From contig NC_068984.1 of the NCBI RefSeq assembly GCF_001194135.2, forward strand, positions 104,684,257-104,748,256: a stretch of 64,000 bases of DNA. Reading direction: 5' to 3'. The notes beneath the pieces were generated by a model that searched no databases, was not told where the DNA came from, and was given only the letters and a program-made list of their open reading frames with translations. A program made the translations under genes and the position numbers. Of this stretch, positions 37,164 through 51,329 are shown in pieces (the first letter of the stretch is position 1; each line of letters begins with the position of its first letter). This stretch comes from Octopus bimaculoides. Lineage: Eukaryota.

Positions 37164-39357
37164 TTATTATTACTATTATTATTATTATTATTATTACTAT
37201 TATTATTATCATCATATTTGTTGTCGTCATCATCATCATCATCATCATCATCATTATTATTTTATGTTTTACTGAATGGATGCTTATGTTAGAACCGATG
37301 TGTTTTTTTTTTTACAGGATAACCAATTTTATTAACAGAAAGCTTTTCAATCATTTGTGGGTCCACCCCATTATGTGGATAGGAGATTGTTCATAGACAT
37401 TTTTAACTGTCTGTGTGTATACTTTTTTTTTAACAACTAGCCATTTACATCATTGTTTCTATTGCAAGACTTAAATTTTGAAAAATGTGAAAATTAAATG
37501 AAGTAACACAGGTTAGAATTTCACAAAGCAAGTTACAACAAAAAATAAAAGAAAGAAGTGTAGAAAACATTAATTTAAATACAAAACTAAAACATTTTAT
37601 TTATAGCAAACATTGTAAGTCATAAGGAGCTCCCTGATATGAGGCAGCTCAAGGAAAAGATTATATAGATGAGATATACTGAGAAAGGCAGTGCTTCCTT
37701 GATTAATGGATTTATCTAAGACAGGGTAAGCGGAAAGTAACATTGCTCTGGTTTTCAAATAATGAGGAAGGTATCTTCAAAAGAAGAGTTGAAAGGAATC
37801 CTGGCCAATGTGTGGCCAGATGAGTGTTCCCTCATCTGAAGTAAGACATATGATATTTAAGACAAAGAATGAAACTTGAGGCAGGCACTAATTCTGTGCT
37901 AAATGTTTGCTCACAGGTTGGTACTGAAGTATATGGGATAAAGGAATACTGGGTTCATGGTTAAAGATTTTAGTACTGATGTTTGGTTTGTAGCCACTTA
38001 TGTCACATAGTGTAGGCATGTGTTGCATATGGAGGTGACTTACAACAACATGTAGTTGGATGGAGTATGCATAGAGGTCAAAGGATCCTATTAGCCCCTG
38101 AAGACTACCAGAAAAGCCTAGAGCTCTGCTCACTGAGGGAGTAGGAATAATGTCTGTCAGACTAGTAGTGCATGGTATATGATCCAGTTGCTACATTTAT
38201 GGTAGTAAAGGCTACTTGAGAGTCTTCTGTTCAGAAGAAGCAGAAAAGCAAAATATAAAGAGAGAGAGAAGACAGCAGAAATAGTGACCAACAGCTCCAT
38301 GAGATGAAGATTATAATTTTTACTGCTTTAGATTTAATATGTCTCTTTGTTCTGAGCACAATCTACACCAGAGTTGATAAAAGTTTCATCTCTCTAGGTT
38401 TATCAATTAAGTATCAGTAATATACAGAAATTGTTCCAATCAACTCTAATTCCAACCATACAATATTGGCTTTGTAGGAAATTGAAGAAAATCATCTTCA
38501 AAGAATATACTCTGTTGTATTAGTAGGTGTAATAGTGGTGGTTGTTGTGGTGATAATAGTAATAGTAGTAATGATAGTAGTATTATAATAAACATGACTG
38601 CAAGATATCTCTTCAAAGGATTTCTTTAAAATATTCAAGTAGCCACATTAAAGTGTAATAATAACATATAAAGAACTGATCACTTGCAAATAATATATGG
38701 AGATTTGATTTAAGTCCAGTGCTTACATCCCTAAATTAAAGATCACTTTGTTGCTTGATTTTTTTTACCATTCCTTGTACACTGGGTTTTACAGTTAATT
38801 TACTGAGTTGCTGTCTTTAGTGTTATATGTAATAGACCACGCTTGCTTTTATTTTTAATATTTTTACACTAAAATATATTTCATGGTGTGGAATTAAACT
38901 TATGAATCAAAGCATTTGATAAGAGTAAAATGAAAGAAGATAATTTAGATTGCAACCAACAGATCCTATGAAAGATAGAGTAAAATGATGTGGAATATAA
39001 TCACTAAGAATATGAGATGTGTATGAAAAAATATAACATTTTTATGTTAGAGGAACCTATATCAAAGTATAGCATAGCAAAATGGATAGCTTAGCTGTTA
39101 GTTCATTTCTGATGATGAATTACACAATAAAAAATTACTTCATTTATAACAAAATGGTTCAACAGAGGAGACAGAGTTTTAGCAATATGGTGAAGGTTTA
39201 GGGAATTTATCAATCAAGGAAAAATTAGGTCTTTAATGGTCTGACATTGAGAAATCGTCTTTATTTCTGCTGGCTAGGCAGGAAACCATTTTTGTAAAAG
39301 AAGAGGATTGGTTGACAGGAACATTGTTTTTACATCTACTTTTCCATGCTTGCTATA

Positions 39358-39417
<60 letters not shown>

Positions 39418-39660
39418 TGCACCCCCACCCACGTACGTACATACATATCATTTTACTGAAACAATGTTTGTCTTGTGAGTTGAATTTCATGCTATTGTGA
39501 TCTTATTTCAGTTGTGAGATAAACATTCACTTTCAATAAAACCAATTCCTTTACAACATATTGAGAACTTCTACATTCACTGACACAAATTAATGTATGT
39601 ATATATGTTCTATTTCTCTTTTTAATTTAGAATAAATTCTCAATTTAAAATAAATTTTGA

Positions 39661-39786
39661 CCTGTTCCAGACTGTTCTGGCGACCACATCAAACCTCATG
39701 GAAAGATATCTGGAAGACATTCTCTTGCTTTTGGCAATAATGTGGTTGATGTCTTCAGCCTTGATCTTGCACAGCTTACATTTTGT
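39661..39786 (-). mobile_element. R4-clade LINE, zinc-knuckle segment (downstream half, split by the Gypsy insertion)
   Basis: Minus strand KCKLCKIKAEDINHIIA…YLSMRFDVVAR; continues directly from ADN(K) at 44747-44760. Confidence 0.75.
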
Positions 39787-40025
39787 TATGGTGAAATCCT
39801 AACACCTCTGTGGGATAGCAAGTGAACTGTCTTAAACCTTATAAAGGCGCATGTGTACTGACAGTGTGATGTACAGTGTGGTGTGTGCAGTCAGATTTAT
39901 GAAGGCAGTAGTAGAAGTTGAGAAGAGATATGAGTTAGTCACGTGTTTGTTATTGATTTAGTTTTTGTAGTGTCATAGCACTGTTACAGTGTGGTCTATA
40001 TCCAAACCCAAGGATATAATAATAG

Positions 40026-40035
40026 TGGTGATGAG
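40026..40035 (+). promoter_or_regulatory. Primer-binding site, probably tRNA-Ser(GCU), decayed
   Basis: TGGTGATGAG one base after the 5' LTR equals TGGCGACGAG (complement of the tRNA-Ser(GCU) 3' end) with two CpG->TpG changes. Confidence 0.6.
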
Positions 40036-42229
40036 ACATTTGAAGCTCACTGTGGACGTTCTTAGCATAGAAGACCTATTAGCTTCCATGGTACAGTTGC
40101 AATGGCAACTACAACAACAACATGAAGAACAACTGAAACAGCAACAACAAGTACAACTGCAACAACAACAGTAAAATCAACAGTTGCTGGAATTATTGTT
40201 GCAGTCCAAAAACACTTCAAGTTTGTTTTCGGCAGACGGGGTTGCTAATTCAATTGAAGAATTTACTTATAATCCAGAAGAAGGGATTACATTTTCTGCA
40301 TACTTCAGAAGGTATAAAAGAATCTTCAAAGAAGAATATACAAATTGGATGGACGAAAAGACGGTATGACTTCATTTAAGGAAATTATCACCTGCAGAAC
40401 ATGAAAAGTATTGTAATTACATCCTGCTGAGAAAACCATCCAAAGTTTGTTTCAAGGAAACAATTAACCTATTATCTTATATATTCAGTGAAAGAAGTTC
40501 ACTATTTAATATTTGCTGGGAGTGCTTGAATTTGAAAAAAGAAAGAAACTGAAGATTTTATCATGTATGTTGGAATCGTAAACAGAGAATGTGAAAAATT
40601 TAAACTAAACGAATTAGCCCGGATATGTTCAAATGTCTAATCATTGTACAAGGATTAACTGCAAACAAAGATGCAGAGATATGGGCTCAGATATTAACAA
40701 AACTAGAACAAGATTTGAAACTAACTCTACAGGCAGTGGCTGAAGAATGCCAAAGGATTATAAATTTACGACAGGATGCAGAAAAAATTGAGAAAGATTA
40801 TTCAAATATATGTGTTGACCTGTAACAAATAACAAAAAAGAAAAACAACAATCAAGACCCAAACCATGCTATGGGTGTGGAGAAATACATTTTAAAAGAA
40901 ACTGTTCTTTTAAAAATCTAAAATGTTTTGGATGTGGAAAAATCAGACATAAGAATTCACATTGTTGGGTGAAACAAAAAAGGTTGAATGAAAAAATTTC
41001 AAGAAAAAAAGTATTGTCAACACAAATGCAAAGCGAGGCACAAAAAAGAAAATTTGTCTTCATAAATATAATAATGTGACTACAAGACTACAGTTGAAAA
41101 CAGGTAGTGATATCACAATAATTAATGAAGATACACAGAGAAAAACAAGAAAGCCTACATTGAAAAAAACTTTGAAAATTGTGCGAAGTATTTCAGGGAA
41201 ACAATAGCGATTTTGGGGCGAAATGATAAGTGAAGTGACGTTTCGTGGAAAAACTTTGAAAGCCAAAATTTTTGTATTAAAAAATACGACAAACCTATTT
41301 GGCATAGATTGGATGGAACTATTTAATTTATGAGGCCTCCCCATAAATATTTTTTGTAATAATGTAAACAGTTCTTATGCCTGTTCAAATAAGGCATCAG
41401 AGGATTTAAAAAAGAAATTAAAAAAGATTTTCCCTGATGTTTTTTCTGAAGAATAGGTAGGTGCACCAAGACAAAAGTTAAAATTATAAGTGAAAGAAAA
41501 TGCTGTACCGTATTTAAGCCAAAGCAAACTGCACCTTTTGCGGTATTGAATCAAGTCAATGAGGAATTGGATAGACTTGAAAAGCTTGGAGTATAGAAAA
41601 AAATTGATTATTTAGAATGGGCATCACCAACTGTTTATGTAAAGAAAAAAAATATGAGTATGCACTGACTTTTCAATAGGCTCAAACAAATGTTTGATGA
41701 CATATAATTACCCATTACCGAGTCCAGAGGAAAATTTTGTGTAACTCAAAGGAGAAAATTTTTTTTCAAAGTTGGACTTGCTGGAGGTGTATTTACAGTT
41801 GCAAGTCAAGGAGGAATGTTCAAAATTATTAACAATAAACACTCAGAAAGGTTTATATAAATTCAATCAACTTCCTTTTGGGATAAAGGTGGCATCTAAT
41901 ATTTTCCAACAGATGATGGACACTATGCTTGCGGATACTAATTTCGCTATAGCTTATTTGAATGACATACTCATAAAAAGTGAGTCTTGAGGCCAGCATG
42001 TTAAAAAAGTCTTTGAAAGAATAAAGGAGAATGGATTTAAACTTAACGAGGAAAAATGTGAATTTTTCATGCCAGAAATAAAGTATCTAAGGCAAGTTGT
42101 CAATAAAAATAGTTGCAGGTCAGATCTTTCAAGACTGACTGCAATGAAAAATATGCCACCCCCCAAAAATATTACAACTTTACAAGCGTTCTTAGGGCTC
42201 ACAAACTATATACCGAATATGCATGATCT

Positions 42230-42540
42230 GTGGAGGTGCAATGGCCCAGTGGTTAGGGCAGTGGACTTGCGGTCGGGGTATCGCGGTTTTGATTCCCAGA
42301 CCAGGTGTTGTGTGTGCTTATTGAGCAAAAACACCTAAAGCTCCACGAGGCTCCGGTAGGGGTGATGGCGACCCCTGTTGTACTCTTTCGCCCCAACTTT
42401 CTCTCACTCTTTCTTCTTGTTTCTTGAGTAATGCTGCGGTGGAATGGAGTCCCGTCCAGCTGGAGGGAACATATACGCCATAGAAACCGGGCCCATGAAC
42501 CTGGTTAGGCTTTAAAAGGGCGCATAAATAAAAAATAATA
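42230..42540 (+). mobile_element. tRNA-derived SINE family C inserted in the Gypsy RT
   Basis: TSD ATGCATGA(T/G)CT at 42219-42229 and 42541-42551; GTGGAGGTGC head; tail shared with 23036-23293; the RT frame resumes at MHELSAPL. Confidence 0.92.
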
Positions 42541-42671
42541 ATGCATGAGCTAAGTGCACCCCTAAGCAACCTTTTGCGAAAAGATGTTAAATGGTATTGG
42601 TTGGACAGGTACCAAAACGCGTTCGAAGAAATTAAAAAAGTTTTAATATTGGAACTGTCATCATCGCACTT

Positions 42672-42825
42672 TGATCATCATCATCATTGCACTCGAATGG
42701 TGCTTTTTATGTGCCACCAGCACGGGACCAGTCAGGCAGCACTGGCATTGACCACACTCGAATGGTGCTTTTTTATGTGCCACTGGCATGGGTGCCAATC
42801 AGGTGGTACTGTCATCAGCCATGAT
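42672..42825 (-). mobile_element. Short insertion of RTE 3' UTR tandem units plus (ATG)n in the Gypsy RT/RNase H junction
   Basis: (ATC)n then two cactcgaatggtgctttttatgtgccac units, sitting between SHFD and SHDAS. Confidence 0.7.
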
Positions 42826-44746
42826 GCTAGCGAAAGTGGTATAGGAGTGGTAATTTTACAAAAGTATGAAAATGGTAGCCCAAAACCCATCGCTCTTGTT
42901 TCATGTTCAATGTTGGCAGCTGAAAAAATTACAACCAAATTGAGAAGGAGGCATTAGCCATTCACAAATTCATACATGGAAGGAAATTCAGTTTGCAGAC
43001 AGATCACTGCCCATTGTTGTCAATTTACTGGGGGGAAATCCTGCTAATTTAAGGCTTTAAGATGGAATTTCTACCATCAAGAAAACATGGACATGAAGAT
43101 GGGCTGTCAAGATTGATACTGAAATACAATGAACCGTTAGAGGACACAGTAATTGTGGAATTGAAAGCAGAAATCGAAATTAAGAAATATACTCTGCAAT
43201 GTAGTATGTGAACTACCTGTCACTTTAGAGGAAATAAAAATTAAAGCAGAGAAGGATGTGTTCATAATAAAAACGAAAAAAAATAGTGAAGTCAGAAACA
43301 TACAAAAACTCATGTAGCTGAGTGTAACACAGTTTTGAAATGGTATTCGATATGCGATAACGTACTTATATATGCCCAGAGGGTTGTAATACCTGTTTCT
43401 TTGCAAAATCGTATGCTAAAAGAATTCCACGTGGGACATCCAGGAATCGCAAGAATGAAAGCACTGATGAGGAGCTACATTTACTGGCCGAAAATGGATC
43501 AGGATATTGAAAAATTGGCGAAAGCTTGCAGTGGTTGTGCCCTGGCAGCAAAAGACCCACCTATAAAAATTCAGCCTTGGCCCAAGGCTGATATACCTTG
43601 GTCCAGATTACACATAAACTTTGCAGGACCGTTAAATAGAGGGTATTATCTAATAGTTGTGGATAGTTACACGAAATGGCCAGAAATATGTAAATGTAGG
43701 AAGCCAACCTCCAAAGTAACAATGGAATTTTTGGATGAACTTTGTGCATGATATGACATTCCAGACACTATAGTGTCTGATAACAGAACACAGTTCATGT
43801 CAAAGGAATTTAAAAACTTCTGCAAAATGCATGCAGTGGAGCAGATTACCACCATACCATCCTACATCGAATGGACTAGCAGAACGTTTTGTAAACACAT
43901 TCAAGAGGGCATTGAAAAAAATCTAGGAATGAGCTACTAGCTGATACTGCATTGACACAATTCTTAAGTGTTTACTGAATAACACCTAACCTCAACACAA
44001 CTTCTGGTATGTCACTGACTGAACTAATATTCATCAGGAAAGTCAGGTCAGTTTTTGGCAAATCACTACCAGGAAGAAAAGAAAAAATGGAGAGAAACAC
44101 CGAAAATAAGATAAAATGCTTCAAAATCAGTAACAAAGGTGTTTTTTAAAATATACAGAAATGGAAAGAAACAGTGGGAAGAAGGTATAATAAGTAAATG
44201 TTTGGGAAAAATAACGTACATGGTACAAGGCTATACATGGGAACAGAAAAGACATTTAAATCAACAGAAAAACCGGTTTACGGAAGAAAGAATAGGACAT
44301 GAAGAACCAATGGAATTTCTTTGACATTTTTGACATCCTGGTACCCAAAGGAAAAGTCAAACCAACGAAGACATCGACTAGGAAAAGAAAACAGAACCTT
44401 TGCAAGTAGAGCCAAAACAAAAAAGAATATTCCAATTTTTTCCCAGGGAATTAAGTAAAAAAAAAGGGGAGGAATTGACTTCCAAGAAAAGTCAAGTTCA
44501 AAAAGGGGAGATGTAGTGAAATTCTGACACCCCTGTGGGATAGCAAGTGAACTGTCCTAAACCTTATAACGGCACATATGTACTGACAGTGTGGCAAACA
44601 GTGTGGTGTATGCAGTTGCATTTGTGAAGGCAGTCATAGAAGTCATTGAGAAGAGATATAAGTTACATGTTTGTTACTGATTTAGTTTTTGTAGTGTTAT
44701 AATACTGTTACAGTGTAGTCTATATCCAACTCAAGGATATAATACA

Positions 44747-45840
44747 TTTGTTGTCTGCCAATGTTTGCTGCCTTTTATGTTGAAGGTATTTAGTGGGGAT
44801 CTCTTGTTCTTGAATTGCATGGAGTTAACTTTTGAAGTGGTATGTCATAAATTTGTTGGGACTCTATACCAAGCTTTTGACATGATCAATCCTTTCTATG
44901 GTTTGTGTTTTATGTGCCAAGCACCCATGCACTATCTTCTCACTGAAATGGTCCATTTTAAAAAATTCTGTTCTGCTGACAAATAGGTTTTACCAATGCT
45001 CTTTGGGGAGAGATCTGAATCAACTCTTATTTCCTAGCTCTCCTCAAGTTCATTAACTATCATAATTATGTTGTTGATTTCATGGTCACAAACTTGGGCA
45101 AGATAGCTACTGGTCACTTTCTTCTGCTGAAAATGTTGTTTTGGTGTCACAACATGGGGCTTCATACAACATCAATACAGATTTGAGACCCTGGCCACCA
45201 TCCTTGCATGGGAAATATAGCCTATCTACATCTCCATTGATGTTGGAGTTTCTTGTAACACTGAGCAGCTTGCAAGTTTGAACATCTATTTCATTGAGTT
45301 TTTGTAGTGACCAGTTCAGAAGGCCAAACGTAGGCATGAGGACAGGCACAGCAAAGGTGTTGTGAGTAATATGCTTCTTATCAGCTGAGTTCTGATGACA
45401 ACTCTTCTGAGTTATTCATTCCTGGCCCTCTCCTTATTTATGGATTCATCATATCCGACATTCTTATCTTGTCCAAGATACCTATAATTATTACCTAACT
45501 GTAGAGGTTTTATTGTCAAGCCATTCATTCTTAGATTTTCAGAGAAGGGCACAACTTTTCCACGTTTTATTGTCAAAAATGCACATTTGAACTCACCAAA
45601 TTTCATTCCAATGTTCGTAGAAAATTAGGTTATGATATCCAATTGTTTTTCATGCAGTTGATATTTGACCCATATAGTTTCAAGTCATCAACAAAGAAAA
45701 GATGGGAGATACTTCTGGATTCATTTCTATGGTCACTATGTTTTGTGAGCAGGTATGACAATGGTTTTAATGAGAGGGCAAAAAACATCAACAGGAGATT
45801 ATTTTAATCTTATTCACATTCATTTATAAAAGCAGATCTG
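44747..45840 (-). mobile_element. R4-clade LINE RT region (upstream half)
   Basis: ISHLFFVDDL, MKFGEFKCAFLTIKRGK, YRYLG, PVLMPTFG and DRLYFPCKDGGQGL motifs. Confidence 0.85.
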
Positions 45841-46446
45841 GTGATCAATACAAGATGGAAGTTTATTAATATTTAATCTTCTTTTGCGTAATTTATTTTG
45901 AGAGCATACCTCAGCTCATCACTCATTTAGAATAAAGCTGTTAGTTTGGTAAACAACAACAATCAACAACAGCACACTATCTGATTTTACCCCCTGTGTG
46001 TTTAAGTGGCTCTACCAAATTGCTACTTGAAAAGAATAGACTTCTTCATGCACCATCAGTTGACTATTTTAATTTTCCATTGCATCTGGCTTGACTATTT
46101 TTTTTATTTTGTTATCTCCAGTTGATTTACATCAATGATTTTAAGGCAGCATGGTGGAATGGAATTTTGTAAAGATAAATATTGTATATTGCTTGAACAA
46201 GTGTGTGTTTTCTTATGGCTGAATGCTATTCAAATGTATAATGATTCAATAAGAGTAGTGTCTATTTCTCAACTGAACTGACTGGGAGCTAGAAGAATAA
46301 GGGACTTTGGTTAGTGGTACAAACCAACAACTTTAGCATAAATTTATCTTGCAGCCACTGTGTATCTCTCAACAGCTGTTTTCTACAACTGCAGTAACAT
46401 GGAAATGATTCTGTTTGTGAAAGAAATATAACCTCAGTATATATAA

Positions 46447-46496
<50 letters not shown>

Positions 46497-47134
46497 CAAC
46501 AAGAGATTATGTTAATGTTGTATATGAAATATAATAATGTGTATGGCATTAACATCTTAGATTATTAGTAAAGGAAATCGTTCTAAGTTGTAGTTAGCAA
46601 ATGTAACCGAAATGCTAGCATCTGTTTTTCTTTTTTTTATTAATCTTGAGCTTCATCTGTTTATCTATCAACAATGTTATTGCTGATGATGATGATGATC
46701 CACCACCAACACCACCACTACTGCTGCTGTCATTGTCATCGTCATATGTTCTCTGATTGCAGTAGTTGATGAAGTTAACCTGTCTAATTTATGTCAGCAG
46801 GAATAAACATATGTTGATAAAATGATGATGATGATGATGATGACGATGATAATGATGATGATAATGAGGAGGAGGAGGAAGATGATGATTAATGAAGGCT
46901 ATTTTTGATTTAGCTATTTTTAAAACTTAACTATCAACCAATAGAAGTAATTTTGTTTCTGTATGAGTTGATTTTTGATCTATGGATTTGCTGGATTTCT
47001 CTTGACAACTTTCAGTCTTCCTTACATTCCAGTTTTTACTTAGGTTATGAAAATATAGTTAACTATAAGTCTGATGAAACAATAAAACTAAGATGGAATT
47101 CAATGCTCAACAATGAAAATTTATACATTCATTA

Positions 47135-47352
47135 ATATTGGTTTCAGATTTTGGCACAAGGCCAGCAGTTTCAGGGAAGGGATAAGTCGATTACATCAAT
47201 CTCAGTGCTCAACTGGTACTTATTTTATCAGGCTCAAGATGATGACTAGCAAAGTTGACCTTGGCAGAATTTGAACTGAAAATGTAACGACAGGTGAAAT
47301 GGCACTAAGCATTTTGACCAGCATGCTAATGATCCTGCCTGCTTGCTGCCTT
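47135..47352 (-). mobile_element. SINE family A copy
   Basis: Family core and tttggcacaaggccagc tail. Confidence 0.85.
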
Positions 47353-48069
47353 TCAATAATATTGCTGAGTAAAATGTATTTCCTTCAGACATAACTTCAA
47401 GGAATAAGTGGGAATGAGAATATAATCTTTCTACTTTAACATTGAACTAGGCTTGAGCTCTTAATCTCCTGTTGAAGATTTCCTTACTCAAAAACCCTTT
47501 CTGTAATGATTCTTCTACAGATCAGAAATGGATGATACAGGAATAGCATTTTCTCTCTTATATTGGAGACTTTCTCACATCCTTTGAAATGAATGTAAAC
47601 AAGGTTAGTATGATTCTTATGATATCATGCATTTCATAACTGGTTGACCAATGCTGTTTCATGTGGTACTGTGGTTTACAAGAAGTTAAAAGTTAATGGA
47701 TATGTCTTATGTTGTAGTTATTGTAACACTTCAGCAATAAGTGTACCAGATATAGAATATCATCCTCTCTTTGGGATGAAAGACACAAAAGGAAATAGCA
47801 TGTAAGAATAATAGAAATAATAATAGTATTAGAAAAGCTAAGTGATGTTTAATTTCCAGTTGCAAATTCTGTGATGTACAGATGTATGATACAAACTTTC
47901 TTTGTTACATGTATCTTTTTAAAAATGATAAAAAAATAAAAAGATGAAATAAACATATAATTTTACATTGTAATTAGGGTTTATTTTTAGGAAAACCATA
48001 ATTTTTAGATTTTGCTTTTCTAAAATTCAAATTTATAAAATTTTATGTAAAAAACTTATCTCTAATGAA

Positions 48070-48290
48070 TAATATTAGTTTCAAATTTTGGCACAAGGCC
48101 AGCAGTTTTGGGGTAGAGGGTAAGTTGATTATATCAACCCCAATGCTCAACTGGTACTTATTTTATTGACCCAGAAAGGATGAAAGGCAAAGTCAACTCT
48201 GGTGGAATATGATCTCAAAACATAAACATGGATGGATTGCTGCTAAGCATTTTGCTCAGCATGCTAATGATTCTGCCAGCTTACTACCTT
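48070..48290 (-). mobile_element. SINE family A copy
   Basis: Family core and tail. Confidence 0.85.
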
Positions 48291-49811
48291 CTCTAATGGC
48301 TAATATTAAAGTTGATCAATAAAATAAAGCTTAATGATTTCACACCAGAAGAGAGAAATTACTTTTGTGTTATTGCTGTTGGTCCTTATAGAAGGCTTCA
48401 GTTTGTCATAAGTAGATACTGCATTTTACTGTCATTTGCATATTTCAGTACCAATTGTTGCCCTCGAAAGACACTGTTATTAAAGTACATAAAATAAACC
48501 CCTCAGGTTGTCACAATTTGGCAGAATTGAAACTTTACATTGTTAACTAATTGTTCTCTAATATTGAAAATTTTAGGTAAAACAAGATGTTCCATAAACA
48601 AAAATGTTGATTATCATAACTCTAATATTTTAAATGAAGAGTTTTATTTTGAAATATCTTTGGCTATTTATTATCTGGGAAAGTCTTGTAGCATGGGCAA
48701 CTGATATGTAGGCACCCAGAGTAACATGTAGGGTGCACAAACAAAGGAAACTCTATAGACACCCAGAGAATCAGCTAGAAAAACATCTTCACTCATCTAA
48801 TATCAACATATATGTTATTAACAGAAACAGTTTGTACTCATTGACAAGGATACCCTGCCATTGCTATAATATGTTAATATGTAATAGAAATTTTTAAATA
48901 CAACAAAAAATAAGTCTACCTGCAGTGGATGTTCTTATATGCAAACATATATACTTCTATCTGATCATGTATCTGTATACATAAGTGTGTGTGTGTGTTC
49001 TTACATATCTCTTAAATAAACAGACTGATGACTATGTAGTACATTTCTAACTGTTAGGTTAGTTTCACATATTTTGAGAATCTTTTCAATACTCTTGGCT
49101 AACATCTGGTTATTTTTTTTTTGTTGCTTTTCTTTTTCTAGTGAATTCTTTCCATCAGGAGGTTTGTTAACATCGTAATTTAGAGACCATTTACTTTTTA
49201 TATGACATTTTTAGGTTCCAAAGGGATTTAGTAATAACTTTTGAACTACAGTATTCTTCTGTAATTGAAATGAACTGGATATTATAATCCTCATCAAAGT
49301 TATTTACTTATTGAGAGTGTTTTTTCTTAGATATTTATCTCTTGAGGTTTTTAGTCAAACATACAGTAAATGTGTAAATTAGAAAGTGGTTAGTTGTTTT
49401 TTCTTGTAACAAACCACTTCTTTTCACAACAGTAATTACCTGTTATGATGTTACCATTGAGACAATACAAACTATTTTCATTCTATATAAAGACAGATAA
49501 ACACTCAGGCTACAGTTCTTCAGTTTTAAAACCAGATAATCTTAGAAAAGTAATGATATATCACTTGAGATTTATCACAAACAAAAGAAGAAAAATTGTT
49601 AATTATAAACCAACAAGCAAAAATCAACTTACTTTCCTTTAAAAGTCACAAGCTATGTTTGGATTCATATTAAATTATTGATGAAAGAACTTTATATTTG
49701 TTATTTGTATTTATTATTAATGAATTTCTAATTCTAAGAATTGAAAAAAAATATTCTTGATTAATTAGAGGCACTTTAAACAGTGTCGATTAAAATATAA
49801 GTGTGCATAAT

Positions 49812-49990
49812 TATATTTGTTTCAAATTTTAGCACAAAGCTAGCAATTTGGGGGAAGTGGGTAAGCTGATTAAATCAACCCCAGTGCTCAACTCATACTT
49901 CTTTTATCATCTTCGAAAGGATGAACTCAGAATGTAAAGATGGACAAAATGCCACTAAGCGTTTTGTCTGGTGAGCTGATGAGTCTGCCA
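49812..49990 (-). mobile_element. SINE family A copy with internal deletion
   Basis: gaaaggatgaa joins directly to ctcagaatgtaaag. Confidence 0.75.
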
Positions 49991-50357
49991 GCTTAGTGTA
50001 TTTAATTATATTAAAAACATTTGTGTACATTCAGATGTGGAAGACATCTGCTGTGGAAATTGTCTCAAGAGAGAAAATTCTCCTTATAGATAATGTATGT
50101 GAAAAACACACCATTAAGCTATGAATGATGTCATCAGACTATCATCATCAGATCATGCTTAGTTAATGAAGTGTAATGATGCAGAAACATGTGTCCTATG
50201 GTCAAATTACATCATTTATTGCTTAGTGGTATGTTTTCACTCACATTGTCTTTAAAGAGAATTTTTTTCTTTAGAGAATTTCCACAGCAGAGGTCTCTCT
50301 ACATCTAAATGTACACAAACATATTAAATATAATTGTTGTTGTTATTATTACTATTA

Positions 50358-50578
50358 TTAAGGTGGCGAACTGGCAGAACCATTAACACATCAAACAAAA
50401 TGCTTAGTGGCATTTCGTCTGTCTTTATGTTCTGAGTCCAAATGCATGCCACCAAGGTCAACTTTGCCTTTTATCTTTTTGTGGTTGATAAAATAAGAAT
50501 CCATCAAGCATTGGGGTCAAGAAAATCAACTATCCCCCTCCTCTCAAATTTCAGGCCTTGTGCTTATAGTAGAAGAGA
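50358..50578 (+). mobile_element. SINE family A copy
   Basis: Family head aaggtggcgaactggcagaa, core and tail; flanked by (TTA)n. Confidence 0.85.
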
Positions 50579-51329
50579 TTATTATTATTAAATAAACAAT
50601 AGAAAAAGTAAACCAGATTTTGGGGTATTACACATCTTTTAGATATATCTGTATTGCATTAAAAAAATACATTTTAAATTTTATAATAAATGGATAAGAG
50701 CTATCTTGTGAATTAATAACATTGATATTATCATCAGTGTTGAATACATTTCACAAAAAAGTTTGTTGCTTTTGGAAATTTGTATACATAAGTCAGAAAT
50801 AAAAACAGGTTGTGACTGATTATTTATATCTCTAATTTAAAAAAAGAATAAAAGATAGTAATTTAAGAAACAAGATTAATTCTACCCAAATGAAGAAATA
50901 CAATAGTTATTTGATAAAGAATCAGAAACAAGTCTTGTATTTGCCAAGAAATTCTATTGATTTAATAATGTCGAAAGTTTTAGTTATTAGATAAAGATTT
51001 CTTGAAGCTTACAAATTGAGTCAGGCAGAATCTACCTGAATGTTCAATGTGTGTAGCCTACACTAATTTTTTGTAGCACTTCTCTACTGGAAAAGTATAA
51101 AAGTTGCACATGTAAAAAGGATTATCAAAAAGCTGTATCAAAAACTCTCTTTAAGTAATTAAGTTTAAGAAAATATACAACAAACATGGAATTGGTAAAT
51201 ATAAAACATTTGAATGCTCTAATGTTAATAGATGAAAGATTTAAACAGTGTAAAATAACTAAAACGGTTTAGGATTAGAAAACAAAATTAAAAAAAGAAG
51301 AGTAAAAGGGACTAGCTATTTGGATTAAT

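Larger units (their letters stand above)
40080..44340 (+). pseudogene. gag-pol pseudogene of the Gypsy element
   Basis: Two CCHC knuckles (CYGCGEIHFKRNC, CFGCGKIRHKNSHC), KTGSDITII protease, WASPTV and YLND RT, HDASESGIG RNase H, HVGHPG…C and PWSRLHINFAGP integrase. Many stops and frameshifts. Confidence 0.9.
39787..44746 (+). mobile_element. Full-length decayed Ty3/Gypsy LTR retrotransposon (K02A2.6/Mag-like)
   Basis: LTRs 39787-40024 and 44512-44746; TSD TTTGT (39782-39786, 44747-44751); PBS at 40026; PPT AAAAGGGGAGA at 44501-44511; domain order gag-PR-RT-RH-IN. Confidence 0.95.

Noticed and set aside
37640-38220. GC-richer block with an 8-bp hairpin (CAGATGAG-TGTTCC-CTCATCTG)
   Set aside because: Probably a decayed retroelement, but no diagnostic motif could be read.
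47521-47603. Plus-strand segment with good acceptor and donor
   Set aside because: Stops in all three frames.
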